Below, one piece after another: positions 49,890 through 60,004 of a DNA stretch of 64,000 bases. The notes below the pieces were generated by a model that worked only from the letters and a program-made list of their open reading frames with translations, was not told where the DNA came from and did not search any database. The translations under genes and the position numbers were made by a program. This stretch comes from an uncultured bacterium. GTDB taxonomy: Bacteria; Zixibacteria; MSB-5A5; CAIYYT01. The DNA lies in contig CAVSCK010000003.1 of the NCBI GenBank assembly GCA_963726455.1, positions 448,001 through 512,000 of the forward strand, in the 5' to 3' direction. Positions within the stretch are counted from its first letter, which is position 1, and every line of letters begins with the position of its first letter.

Positions 49890-51470
49890 TTATTCTTTTC
49901 CCGCATTGATCCCAAAGCGCGCCATCTTTTCTTTGAGCCCTTTGCGAGTCAGGCCGAGGGCGTTTGCCGTTCTGAGGATATTGCCGCTGTTCTCTCTCAA
50001 GGTTCCCGTGATGAGATCGCGCTCGACTTCTTCGACGATGTCGCGCAGCTTCCCGTTCCGGTTTCGCCCGGCCGGTTGCTGGATTGCGGCAGTGCTGATG
50101 ATTTCCGGCGAGAGATCGTTGACGTCGATGACCCCGTCGTCGTGGCTCACAACGGCTGCACGTTCGATTTCATTTTCCAGTTGGCGTACATTGCCTGGCC
50201 AGGAATAGTTGCCCAGTGCTTCCAGCGCCCTGGCCGTAATCGAAAGATACTCGTTGCCGAGTTTGATTCGCAGCTTTTCCAGAAAGTGGTGCACCAACAT
50301 TGGAATGTCGTCGCGGCGTTGGCTCAATGGCGGAAGATCGATGGTGAAGGTATTCAGTCGATAGAAAAGATCAGCACGGAAGTTGCCCCTGGCGATTTCC
50401 TCTTTGAGGTCGCGATTGGTGGCGGAGATGACCCTCACGTTGACATACTCCGTGCGTGCCGATCCGACCGGCCGGGTCTCACCGGATTCAATTACGCGCA
50501 GCACCGCCACCTGAGTCGAGGGAGGCGCTTCCCCTATTTCGTCGAGGAAAATCGTGCCGCCGTCTGCTTCCCGAAACAGGCCCGGTTTGTCTTTGTCGGC
50601 GCCGGTAAATGCGCCTTTGACGTAGCCGAAAAGCTCCGCTTCCAGAAGTGACTCCGTCTTGATGCCGCAATTCTTGACCACGAACGGTTTGCCGCGCCGA
50701 TCGCTATTGTGATGTATCGCCCGCGCCATCAATTCCTTGCCGGTTCCGGTAGCGCCGGCTATCAGCAGTGGTGAGTCATTGCCGGCAACTTTAGAGGCGA
50801 GTGTCAGCACGCTCTTAAGCGCCTGCGACTTCCCGATTATGTTTTCGAAAGAAAAAGTGGCATCCAGTTCTGCTTTAAGACGAATATTTTCCTCATGCAG
50901 TCGCCGCCTCGAAACTTCCAGCAATTCTGCCTTGCGAGAAAGTTCCGTCATGAGTATGGCATTCGATAGAATGTGTGCTGATTGCGAGATGATTATCCCG
51001 GCCAGCCGGCACTGTTCATCGCTAAACGGCCCACGTGCCGCATCACGCACCAGACTGGTTAAACCGATGACCTCTCCACGAACGACCATGGGGCAGCACA
51101 GAATGGATTTGAAGCGGCCATCTTCCGACGACAGGCCGTGAAAGCGTTCGTCGCTGTCCAGATCGTCTACCTTGAGCAAGCGATTGTTCTTGAGAACCCA
51201 GCCCGAAACAAGACTACTGACCTTGTATGGCATCTCACCTGGTTCGGAATGACTGCCGCGGATAACCGTGGTCATGTTGTCGTCCTTTTGCGGCTGCAAG
51301 AGATTGATCACACCTTGGGAGGCCGCAGTCAGACCAATCAACTCGTCGATGATAATCGACATCATGTGGTTGGTCTCGCGTGCCCGACAGACGCGGTCGA
51401 CTACTCGATTGATGCTCTTGAGTTCATCAAGAGCAGACTGCAATCGTTGCAGATCGCTTTCTTCTGCCAT
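49890..51470 (-). CDS. GAF-domain sigma54-dependent Fis-family activator
   Basis: GAF domain; GATGTGKE, ELFGYVKGAFTGA, FLDEIG, FRADLFYRL, WPGNVRQL; C-terminal HTH. Confidence 0.95.
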   Translation of the reverse strand: MAEESDLQRLQSALDELKSINRVVDRVCRARETNHMMSIIIDELIGLTAASQGVINLLQPQKDDNMTTVIRGSHSEPGEMPYKVSSLVSGWVLKNNRLLKVDDLDSDERFHGLSSEDGRFKSILCCPMVVRGEVIGLTSLVRDAARGPFSDEQCRLAGIIISQSAHILSNAILMTELSRKAELLEVSRRRLHEENIRLKAELDATFSFENIIGKSQALKSVLTLASKVAGNDSPLLIAGATGTGKELMARAIHHNSDRRGKPFVVKNCGIKTESLLEAELFGYVKGAFTGADKDKPGLFREADGGTIFLDEIGEAPPSTQVAVLRVIESGETRPVGSARTEYVNVRVISATNRDLKEEIARGNFRADLFYRLNTFTIDLPPLSQRRDDIPMLVHHFLEKLRIKLGNEYLSITARALEALGNYSWPGNVRQLENEIERAAVVSHDDGVIDVNDLSPEIISTAAIQQPAGRNRNGKLRDIVEEVERDLITGTLRENSGNILRTANALGLTRKGLKEKMARFGINAGKE

Positions 51471-51678
51471 CGCCGCCTTCCGAGTAAAAGGTCAATGTTT
51501 CCCGCTCAATATGCACAAACATTGAATCTCAGGTCAAGCGCAATTCCGACTGGCACCCAGGTACCCAGCATCGCATGCCCACTGGCTATCCCCTACCCAT
51601 TCGCCAGTCGTCTCAACGGCATCCTACTTTGCTCGATACTCGTTGAACAACAACGCACTGAATGTAAGTTCATGAGAT

Positions 51679-51694
51679 TGGCATCGTGGTTGCT
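51679..51694 (+). promoter_or_regulatory. Sigma54 -24/-12 promoter
   Basis: TGGCATCGTGGTTGCT (GG-N10-GC), divergent from the sigma54 activator. Confidence 0.75.
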
Positions 51695-51785
51695 TTTCGG
51701 GTTGATATCTGACGATCGGCCCAAGCGTGAGCCGGTCAGGAGAAACAAAAGCACATAGTCGTTCAAACCCACAGAGAGGTGAAAC

Positions 51786-53177
51786 ATGAGAGGAATCTCA
51801 CTACTTGCAATCGGCCTGACATTGATTGGGCTGTTGCTTGCGGGCTGCGAGAAAAACTACAATCCCGTGGCCGCTCCCGAGACGGACTCGCCCGTTGCGT
51901 TGGCGCCGCCAATTGAAATTCGCGAACTGGAAGCCAACAGCGTTGCGGATGCGGTCCGAGTTGCTCCGACGCCGATGGTGACGGTATCGGTCGGCGAGAG
52001 CATGCTGGAATTCTGGCCCTATACCGGTACCAACTTTGCCGGAACGCCCCAGGACCCCATCAATTTGATCTTTTACGGCAATGCCGATCCACGCGACATT
52101 CGTGCAGCGTTGCTGTCTCTGAATGGCGATCGCACGGCGCTTGGTTTCCCACCGGCGCCACCGTTCAATTCGACATGGGACGACGCCATTGGCGACGTGC
52201 AAACTGCATACGGTGGTATGCTCGGAGATGGTCCTTCGATGTCAACCAGCCCCGACGATCACGAGACGCCGGACAGGTCCTGCCATGACCGGGACTGGAC
52301 TGGAAGCACGATCCAACTGGCTTGCGGACCGTACGAAGGCATGCGCTTTCACTTGCGGCTGTTCAAGCTCGGTTGCTGGACGGTAGCAAACGCGCACCTT
52401 GACGTTCTGATTCCGGGGACGACCGATCATCAGGTCGTCAGTTGGGAAGTGGCAGAACAGTTTGTCATTGCCGATTTCATGCGCAGTGGGCTGCTCGATG
52501 AAACCACACCGATGATCCCGACGGGTCAGATCAACGATTCGCCGTTCAGAACCATTCCGGCGATCATTTACAACGGATTCCCGCCTGAACTTCGCGCCTT
52601 GATCGGTGGACCGATGTCCGATGTCACTGAGGACGTTCCTATCGGCACGGACGGACGCGCGGTTATTCTGAACCTCGCCCAAAAGGCCGAGCGCGTTGCG
52701 GAAGTGCGGACGCAGGACTTTGTCATCAACTTCAACCAGGCAATTCCCAAGCCCTTCTGCTCAAACGGGCCTACCGATTACGTGTTTGTTACCGGGCCCG
52801 TGCATTTGGTTCAGACCGCTCGCCTGACGCGTGCCGGAGTGTACGAAGTTGGCTTCTCCGCCACCGGGACCCTGAATGCCGTGCCGATTGATCCGACTAC
52901 CGGCCAACCGACTGGCGCGGCCATGCAGGCGTATGTTCGCGAAACCCATTCCGGGTTGATGAACAAGAATTTCTGTTCGGCAACAAGCAGCAAGTACCAG
53001 AAGCTAGGCCAAACTGATGATCCGAATGGCGGCCGCAGCTTCACGCATCTTATGGTCAATTCCTCCGGATTGAACAAATTTTCCGAAGACACCCGTTGCG
53101 GATCAGATCGATTCGACAATAGTGACGAGCGTTTCGCAAGATCAACCACTCCCGACCTGGCGCCTGATGAGCAATAG
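51786..53177 (+). CDS. Lipoprotein of unknown function
   Basis: GAGG RBS and lipobox LLAGC; DPINLIFYG motif. Confidence 0.75.
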   Translation: MRGISLLAIGLTLIGLLLAGCEKNYNPVAAPETDSPVALAPPIEIRELEANSVADAVRVAPTPMVTVSVGESMLEFWPYTGTNFAGTPQDPINLIFYGNADPRDIRAALLSLNGDRTALGFPPAPPFNSTWDDAIGDVQTAYGGMLGDGPSMSTSPDDHETPDRSCHDRDWTGSTIQLACGPYEGMRFHLRLFKLGCWTVANAHLDVLIPGTTDHQVVSWEVAEQFVIADFMRSGLLDETTPMIPTGQINDSPFRTIPAIIYNGFPPELRALIGGPMSDVTEDVPIGTDGRAVILNLAQKAERVAEVRTQDFVINFNQAIPKPFCSNGPTDYVFVTGPVHLVQTARLTRAGVYEVGFSATGTLNAVPIDPTTGQPTGAAMQAYVRETHSGLMNKNFCSATSSKYQKLGQTDDPNGGRSFTHLMVNSSGLNKFSEDTRCGSDRFDNSDERFARSTTPDLAPDEQ

Positions 53178-53236
53178 GTCGCTGAATATGAGCTTCGGGG
53201 TTGTGACCTGAGGCAACCTTCCAAATACAGGGGCGT

Positions 53237-53276
53237 CTGAAAGCCGTCGCCAGTTCTGGCGGCGGCTTCAGCTTTA
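53237..53276 (+). terminator. Rho-independent terminator
   Basis: AAGCCGTCGCCAG-TT-CTGGCGGCGGCTT followed by CAGCTTTA. Confidence 0.55.
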
Positions 53277-53367
53277 TTCTTAAGAAACTTGTGTCCAGAA
53301 CGTCATTTTCCATTTGACGAGTGACCACTTATTGATTAGTAATCGCGACAATATTTCTGGAGGAAGA

Positions 53368-53907
53368 ATGGCAGACGACAAGAAAGAACACTGGCTGAAT
53401 TACCTTGCGTTAACCACTGTCATTCTGGCAGTGTGTGCTACCCTATCAACTTTCCGTGGAAGCTCCTATTCGACTCGAACCGTAATCAGCCAGAATAAAG
53501 CATCCAATCAGTGGGCGTATTATCAGTCGAAGAGCATTAAGGGATATCTGTACGAGCTGCAAAAAGACGCATTTGAAATAGATTTGACTGCTCTGACAGG
53601 TAAGGGCGAATCGAATCAGGCCGCCGCTTACAACTCCAAGATGGCCGAATATGACAGCAGCATCACACGATACGAGAAGGAAAAGGCACAAATTCAAGAC
53701 GATGCAAGGAAGTATGAAGAGGAACGTGATCACAATCAGAGGCATTCGCAAGTTTTCGGTATCGCAGTGATCTACCTGCAGATCGCGATATTGCTTTCCT
53801 CAATTGCCGCCGTTCTCAAGAAGAAGATGGTCTGGCTCGGAGGCCTGTTGGTAGGCGCGGTGGGTATCGGATATTTTCTGTTTGCCTTCTTCGTTATGCC
53901 CGCTTGA
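53368..53907 (+). CDS. DUF4337 family membrane protein
   Basis: ASNQWAYYQSKSIK and LQIAILLSSIA motifs; ATG 53368 with GGAGG RBS. Confidence 0.85.
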   Translation: MADDKKEHWLNYLALTTVILAVCATLSTFRGSSYSTRTVISQNKASNQWAYYQSKSIKGYLYELQKDAFEIDLTALTGKGESNQAAAYNSKMAEYDSSITRYEKEKAQIQDDARKYEEERDHNQRHSQVFGIAVIYLQIAILLSSIAAVLKKKMVWLGGLLVGAVGIGYFLFAFFVMPA

Positions 53908-54264
53908 TTCCAACGGGGGGCGGCAATCGGAGCCACTGTAATGCCAAGCCATTGAATGACTTAACTCATCCCCGAGATTGTCGCGGTTTTGTCTGGGGCA
54001 CGACATTCATCTGGCACACTAACCTCGGCTTGACAAGCACCAGGCATAAGCTGATATTTCCCGCGTGATAAACGTCACCTGGCCGTTTGGCTGCGATGGC
54101 GCATGGAGAAGTCTGCATTTTCTTACCGGATCCATTTCCCTTTCAGGCACTAGAGACAGAGTTTAGTTCGATTGACAGATTGTTTCTATGACTTCTATGA
54201 GCGCTCAGGATAGATAAAACGGTGACGAAACGCGTTTACAACAACGGAGGCGCCGACACAGATT

Positions 54265-55206
54265 ATGAGCTCTGATAAGATATTCATTCACGAGGTTGGA
54301 CCGCGAGACGGTTTGCAGGTCGAGAAATCGACTGTTCCGCTCGAGGTAAAAATCAGATGGATTGACGGCCTGCTCGAAAGTGGGATTGATATTATTCAAC
54401 TCGGTTCCTTTGTGAATCCCGAAAAGGTTCCTCAGATGGCTGACACCGATAAGCTGTTCACTCATTACACTTCATCTGGCAAGAAACCGAGTGGCGCCGC
54501 ACTGTCGGGTCTGGTACTGAATGAAAAAGGCCAGGAGCGTGCCATGGCTTGTGGTGTGGAAATGCTTTGTATGGGCGTTTCGGTTAGCGAGACACACAGT
54601 CGGAAGAACACGGGGATGAGCACCTCAGAAGCTCTCGGGCGTATCGTGCCGATGGCGAAAAGTGCATTGGCCATAGGCAAAAGAGTACAAGTGTCGGTTC
54701 AGTCTGCCTTTGGCTGCGGATTCGAGGGACCCATCCCGCAGGAAAAGGTCTTGGGAATCGTCAAAGAATATCTCAACGCCGGTATTCGTAACATCAGTCT
54801 TGCCGATACCGCGGGCCACGCACAACCCCTGCAAGTAGAACAATTGTTCGGAAAGATCCGACAGCTTGATGCGAGCGCTGAACTGGCCTGTCATTTTCAC
54901 AACACCTACGGTCTCGGGTTGGCCAATTGCTTCGCGGCCCTGAAAGCGGGCGTCACCTACTTCGAGTCTGCGTTCGGCGGTCTCGGCGGCTGCCCGTTCA
55001 CCAAGCTCCCGGCCGGCAATGTAAGCACTGAGGATTTGGTGCATTCGCTGCAGCGGATGGGATTTCGGAGTGATATCAAACTTGACGTCCTGTTGGAAAC
55101 AGCACGCGCGGTAGCGGCCTTCTTCAACAGAGAATTGCCGGGACTGGTTCTTAAATCAGGATCGATTGTGGGCTTCAAAGGAAAAGAAAACAAAGAGGTG
55201 GTATGA
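54265..55206 (+). CDS. HMG-CoA lyase family (DRE-TIM) lyase
   Basis: EVGPRDGLQ, VPQMAD, HFHNTYG and GGLGGCPF...GNVSTED motifs. Confidence 0.92.
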   Translation: MSSDKIFIHEVGPRDGLQVEKSTVPLEVKIRWIDGLLESGIDIIQLGSFVNPEKVPQMADTDKLFTHYTSSGKKPSGAALSGLVLNEKGQERAMACGVEMLCMGVSVSETHSRKNTGMSTSEALGRIVPMAKSALAIGKRVQVSVQSAFGCGFEGPIPQEKVLGIVKEYLNAGIRNISLADTAGHAQPLQVEQLFGKIRQLDASAELACHFHNTYGLGLANCFAALKAGVTYFESAFGGLGGCPFTKLPAGNVSTEDLVHSLQRMGFRSDIKLDVLLETARAVAAFFNRELPGLVLKSGSIVGFKGKENKEVV

Positions 55207-56397
55207 AATTGCTGGAAAACATTCGCGTTATCGATATGACCAACGTGTTGTCTGGCCCGTTCGCGACTCTGCATTTGTCGCTGCTCGGAGCGGAAGTGAT
55301 CAAGATCGAGAATCCGGACGGCGGTGATTTGGCACGCAAACTGGGGAATGTCCCCAAACTCAACAAAGAGCTTATGGGGACAAGTTTCCTGGCTCAGAAT
55401 GCCAACAAGAAATCGCTCACGCTCAACATGAAGTTGCCTGAGGGAAAGAAGATCTTTGGCGAACTGCTTAAGAGCGCGGATGTATTGGTGGAGAACTTCC
55501 GTCCCGGCGTGATGGCACGTCTCGGGTTTTCCTTTGAGGAATGCCAGAAGATCAATCCGCGGCTGATATACTGCGCCATTTCCGGTTTTGGGCAGACCGG
55601 ACCGGATGCCTTCAAACCGGCTTACGATCAGATAATTCAGGGACTTTCAGGCGTAATGGATGTCAACGGTGATGAACGGCTTCATCCCTTGCGCGCCGGG
55701 TTTCCGATCTGTGACACGGTTGGTGGGCTGAACGCGGCGTTCGCAGTGATGGCGGCGCTCTACTATCGAGAGAAAACCGGCGAGGGCCAGTTCATTGACA
55801 TTGCGCTGCTTGACGCCATTATGCCACTGATGGGCTGGGTCGCGGCCAATCTGCTTGATCGGCGGGAAACATCCGATTCCGATGGGCAATGATAATTTCA
55901 CTGCAGCTCCATCCGGCGCGTTCAAAACGAAAGACGGCTATATAAATATCGCCGCCAATCAGCAGAAACAGTGGGAAGATCTCGCCGATGTTGTCGGGCT
56001 GCCGGAACTCAAGACTGATTCTCGTTTCCAGGAGCGCGATACCCGCAAAGCCAACCGCAAAGTGCTCACACCGATTTTGGAAGAGAAGCTCACGCAGCAT
56101 TGTACAAACTATTGGGTGGAGGTTCTGAACGAGAAGGGAATACCTGCGGGAGATATTCTCAGTCTGGAGAAGGCGCTGAATAGCGAGCAGATCAAGCACA
56201 GAGAGACGATCGCCAACGTGAACGAACCGGACATTGGCGACGTAAAGATATTCAATATGTCGGCGAAATTTTCCAAAACGCCCGCAAGCGTTGATATGGC
56301 GCCGCCGCGACTTTCGGCTCATACAGCAGAAATTCTTGGCCGGCTCGGATACAGCGAGGAAGACATGCGGGCGCTGAGAGAAAAGATGGTTATATGA
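55203..56397 (+). CDS. CaiB/BaiF class III CoA-transferase; +1 frameshift ~55855
   Basis: LGAEVIKIE, NANKKS, ADVLVENFRPG and ISGFGQTGP motifs; continues APSGAFKTKDG...PPRLSAHT in the shifted frame. Confidence 0.9.
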
Positions 56398-56437
56398 GCG
56401 ATTGTCGGATAGCAAATTCATGCAAGGAGCATCATAA

Positions 56438-57727
56438 ATGGGAATGACCTACGTACAAAAAGTCATCGCCAGGGCCTGCGGTAAATCCGCGGTCGCCGTC
56501 GGCGACGTGGTGGAGCCGGAAGTTCACCTCGCCATGTCGCATGAAAACGGCGCGCTGGTAATGAACCAGTTTGCCGAGATATACAAGGGCACCGGCCTGG
56601 TAGCCAACGTCTGGAATCCTGATCGCATCGCGATCATTCTCGATCATCGCGTCCCCGCCGAAAGCTCGAAGACGGCCACCAATCAGAAAAAGATTCGCGA
56701 CTATGTTGCCGAGCAGGGGATCAAGAAATTCCACGATATCCGTGGCGACGAAGGCGGCATCTGCCATCAGATTCTGCCTGAGCATGGTTATGTTCGCCCC
56801 GGCTACGTAGTAGTTGGCACGGACAGTCACACCACGAGTCATGGTTCGCTGGGTGCGTTCGCGTTCGGTATCGGCGCCACAGAAATGGCATCGGTCTGGG
56901 CGTTGGGCAGAGTGCTCAATGTCGAAGTGCCGGGCACGATCAAAGTCGTTGTCAACGGCAAATTGGCGTCGCACGTCGGGCCAAAGGATCTGATCTTGCA
57001 TCTGATCGGCAAACTGACTGCTGAAGGCGCGAATTTCAAAGTTCTGGAATTTCATGGGGAGGCAATCAGAACTATGCCGACCTCCGGACGCTTAACTGTC
57101 TGTAACATGTCGGTCGAAGCAGGAGCTACGTCGGGCATCGTGCCGCCGGATGAAGAAACCCTGCGTTATCTCAAGGTCGAAGCAGGCGTCAGCGAGAAGA
57201 TCGAGGTGTACGGCCCTGACAAGGACGCCGTCTATGAACAGGTCGTGGAGATTGACGCCACCAAACTTGGCCCACAGATTGCCTGTCCTCACACGGTGGA
57301 CAATATCAGAGCGGTCGAGCAAGTTGCGGGAACCAAAATCGATCAGATTGTAATCGGTTCCTGCACCAACGGACGTTTGGACGACTTGGAGGCCGCCGCC
57401 CGGATTCTCAAAGGCAAAAAGGTCGCGCGTGGAACCAGGATGTTGGTATTCCCGGCGTCGTGGCGGATTTATCGTGAGGCGCTCAAACGCGGGTATCTCG
57501 CGGACTTGGTGGATGCCGGCGCAGTCGTCTGCAATCCCGGCTGCGGACCCTGCTTGGGTGTGCATCAAGGCGCTTTGGGCGATAACGAAGTTGCTCTGGC
57601 GACCACGAACAGGAATTTCAAGGGACGTATGGGCAACCCAAATGCTGAAGTCTATCTCTGCTCACCCGAGGTAGCTGCTGCAAGCGCAATCACCGGTGTG
57701 ATTTCTGATCCCAGAGGAGGACGCTAA
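56438..57727 (+). CDS. leuC: 3-isopropylmalate dehydratase/homoaconitase-family large subunit (short HacA/DmdA type)
   Basis: DH, GICHQ, DSHT, GSCTNGR, CGPCLG and NRNFKGRMG motifs; substrate uncertain. Confidence 0.85.
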   Translation: MGMTYVQKVIARACGKSAVAVGDVVEPEVHLAMSHENGALVMNQFAEIYKGTGLVANVWNPDRIAIILDHRVPAESSKTATNQKKIRDYVAEQGIKKFHDIRGDEGGICHQILPEHGYVRPGYVVVGTDSHTTSHGSLGAFAFGIGATEMASVWALGRVLNVEVPGTIKVVVNGKLASHVGPKDLILHLIGKLTAEGANFKVLEFHGEAIRTMPTSGRLTVCNMSVEAGATSGIVPPDEETLRYLKVEAGVSEKIEVYGPDKDAVYEQVVEIDATKLGPQIACPHTVDNIRAVEQVAGTKIDQIVIGSCTNGRLDDLEAAARILKGKKVARGTRMLVFPASWRIYREALKRGYLADLVDAGAVVCNPGCGPCLGVHQGALGDNEVALATTNRNFKGRMGNPNAEVYLCSPEVAAASAITGVISDPRGGR

Positions 57728-57728
57728 G

Positions 57729-58226
57729 ATGGGTAAAGTAGTTCTCAAAGTTGGCAATGACGTTTCGACTGATATCATTTATCCGGGACGTTTTATGGCG
57801 ACCGTACTCCCGACGGAGACGCCGCAGTTTGCATTTGCCGACCAGACTGAATTCAATAAGAAGCTGAAGAATAACGAAGTTCCCAAGGGCAGTTACATTG
57901 TCGCCGGCCAGAACTTCGGCTGTGGTTCCTCGCGCGAGCAGGCGGCATCCTGCCTCAAGGGGTGGGAGTTGACCATTGTGGCCAACCATTTCTCCAGAAT
58001 CTTCATGCAGAACTCGATCAATCTGGGTCTGGCAACCGTCATCTGTCCCGACATCGAAGCAGACGAAGGCGACGAACTGGAAATCAACGGTGAGGTAATT
58101 AAGAACATCACCAAGGGCAAGGAGTTCAAGATTCATCCGTTGCCCAAGGCGCGTCAGGCGATAATCGACGCGGGAGGGTTGATTCCCTACACGCGCACGC
58201 TTCTGATGAAGGAATCCAAGAAGTAG
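57729..58226 (+). CDS. leuD: 3-isopropylmalate dehydratase-family small subunit
   Basis: TDIIYPGR, NFGCGSSREQA and AGGL motifs. Confidence 0.85.
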   Translation: MGKVVLKVGNDVSTDIIYPGRFMATVLPTETPQFAFADQTEFNKKLKNNEVPKGSYIVAGQNFGCGSSREQAASCLKGWELTIVANHFSRIFMQNSINLGLATVICPDIEADEGDELEINGEVIKNITKGKEFKIHPLPKARQAIIDAGGLIPYTRTLLMKESKK

Positions 58227-58258
58227 CCACCAAAGCTATCACGAACATCACAAGTTCG

Positions 58259-58294
58259 AGCGGGTCAGATGCCAATTGCTTCTGACCCGCTTTT
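58259..58294 (+). terminator. Rho-independent terminator
   Basis: AGCGGGTCAGA...TCTGACCCGCT followed by TTT. Confidence 0.7.
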
Positions 58295-58364
58295 CAATGC
58301 GTAAGGTTAAGGTATCGTTACGCCATTCGGCGCGATCGCCGGATGATCGATGGCGTCTACGTGA

Positions 58365-59432
58365 TTAATTTCCCGAACAAGGGGCCGGGCCGCCCGCGAA
58401 TTTGTATTCTATAAGAAATACGGCATCCGCCAAGTCGATCGCACTGTCGCAGTTCGCATCACCGGTGATACTGGGGTTCGGCGCAGGTCCGCTCGCGAAA
58501 ATAAATTGGATGAGAAACATGGCATCCGAGACATCCAGAACCCCATCAGCATTCGCGTCACCAGCACCAACAGTACGAAGACTGAACACTTGTCTCGACC
58601 AGGTGGACGCGCCATGTTGATCCGCAGCGCTCACTTTCCACCAGTACGGTCTTCCCCAAAGCAGACTATCGCCCAATGTCAATGTAGCTGATCGCGTGGC
58701 TGGGGAATGAAACGTGTTAGAGAAGAGACTGTCGGAACTTGCATAGAGTGTGTATGTCACGGTGTCGCCGGGATCCGGATCAGATGATGCAGCCCAGATG
58801 AACTGCGGGTAGCGTGTCATCACAGGCGGCATCGGCCCATTGGTGGGTGACAGAAGGTCGAAGGCAACGGGTGCGTTGTTGGATGAGGCAAAGGCGACCG
58901 ACTTGCTCGCAGTATAGGTGTAATCACCGCCGGTGCCGCCGGTGTTGTTGGCGGCCAGTCCGCACACATAGAACGTAACGGGTCCGCCGTTGGTCGTTGG
59001 TGCGATCCACTGGAAACTCCATTTGGTGGAGTCTGCCGTTCCGGCATGAGTTCCGCCGCTGGTCTGAAACATGTACTGTCTGGAACCGGAGGTCTGTTGC
59101 TGGGTGTGCGTCGCGTCGGTTACCCGTAATAGTCCCGCAGCATTATTAGACGCATCCAGCACTGTCAACTCGAATCCCCATCGAGTCAGGCCGGTATGTT
59201 TGACGGTCGCCGTGACTGTTAGGGTGTCCCCCAGCGCAAATTGACTCTTGGAAACGTAGAGGGTGACCGATCCGGGACCAGGATTGGCGGCATTGGAGTG
59301 GCAATTTGCACAGGTGGATTCGCCTGGGGCGCCGGTCCGCGTACCCACAAAACTAGATGCATAAGCCCAACACATGGCAGAAACAAACAGCGAAATTGCG
59401 GATAGTAGCATGAGGGGAGAACGGTAATTCAT
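58365..59432 (-). CDS. Secreted Reeler-like (choice-of-anchor V) protein with CxxCH motif, FN3/Ig domain and dockerin-like domain
   Basis: TGAPGESTCANCH, GFEL, WSFQWIAP..GPVTFY, NNAP..W.ASSDPD and GDANCDSAIDLADAVFLI motifs. Confidence 0.8.
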   Translation of the reverse strand: MNYRSPLMLLSAISLFVSAMCWAYASSFVGTRTGAPGESTCANCHSNAANPGPGSVTLYVSKSQFALGDTLTVTATVKHTGLTRWGFELTVLDASNNAAGLLRVTDATHTQQQTSGSRQYMFQTSGGTHAGTADSTKWSFQWIAPTTNGGPVTFYVCGLAANNTGGTGGDYTYTASKSVAFASSNNAPVAFDLLSPTNGPMPPVMTRYPQFIWAASSDPDPGDTVTYTLYASSDSLFSNTFHSPATRSATLTLGDSLLWGRPYWWKVSAADQHGASTWSRQVFSLRTVGAGDANADGVLDVSDAMFLIQFIFASGPAPNPSITGDANCDSAIDLADAVFLIEYKFAGGPAPCSGN

Positions 59433-59525
59433 GGAGACTCCTTCCGTAGATGTCCTCTAGAATAGATTGAAGTAATGGCATTCGCGCGTCAGTGCGCGAT
59501 GAATCGGTATTCCTGCCCGAGTTAG

Positions 59526-59618
59526 AAGTTGCAGTCGATCGATGGCTGCGAAGGCGCGATAGCTACGAAAGGTAATTCTGGCAGAGATCAAAGTAGCAGT
59601 CGATGAATGACTGCGAAG
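59526..59618. repeat. Two 28-bp palindromic direct repeats, 65-bp period
   Basis: AAGTTGCAGTCGATCGATGGCTGCGAAG (59526-59553) and AAGTAGCAGTCGATGAATGACTGCGAAG (59591-59618). Confidence 0.7.
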
Positions 59619-60004
59619 AAGCGGTAAGATACACGATCTGTCCTGTTTGTCAAGAGCGAATCTTCCGTGACCGTTCGATTGATCATATTTTCCATTCGAC
59701 GATCCCGAGAATTCCCATCGGATTGATGGCGATGCGCTTGCTCGAGTCGTGACCGAGCATTACTGTCCGAATCAATGCAGGCAAGCGAGACCGGGTACCT
59801 CGCGAACAAACGTCGAATCTCAATCACCTTCCGCCTGACGTTATGATCGAACCTCTCGATCCCCGCATTTTCACTTGCCACAGCCGCTGAAAACCAGCAG
59901 ATTAGAAAAGAGAACTCGATCATTTTCAGCGACCGCCGTCTCGCACTTATGGTTTTGACTGAGGGTGATCTGCGCACGATAAGCAGTTTAAGAGTGATTA
60001 GTTC

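Noticed and set aside
53915-53990. Cobalamin riboswitch (GCCACTG / ACTGTAA words inside a stem)
   Set aside because: The other conserved elements and their spacing are missing; only an imperfect inverted repeat remains.
22713-59586. Identical 15-mer GTAATTCTGGCAGAG at 22713 and 59572
   Set aside because: A match of this length is expected by chance in 64 kb, and it does not extend.
59526-59618. Mini CRISPR array (28-bp repeat, 37-bp spacer)
   Set aside because: Only two imperfect copies, no third at the 65-bp period, and no cas genes in the window.
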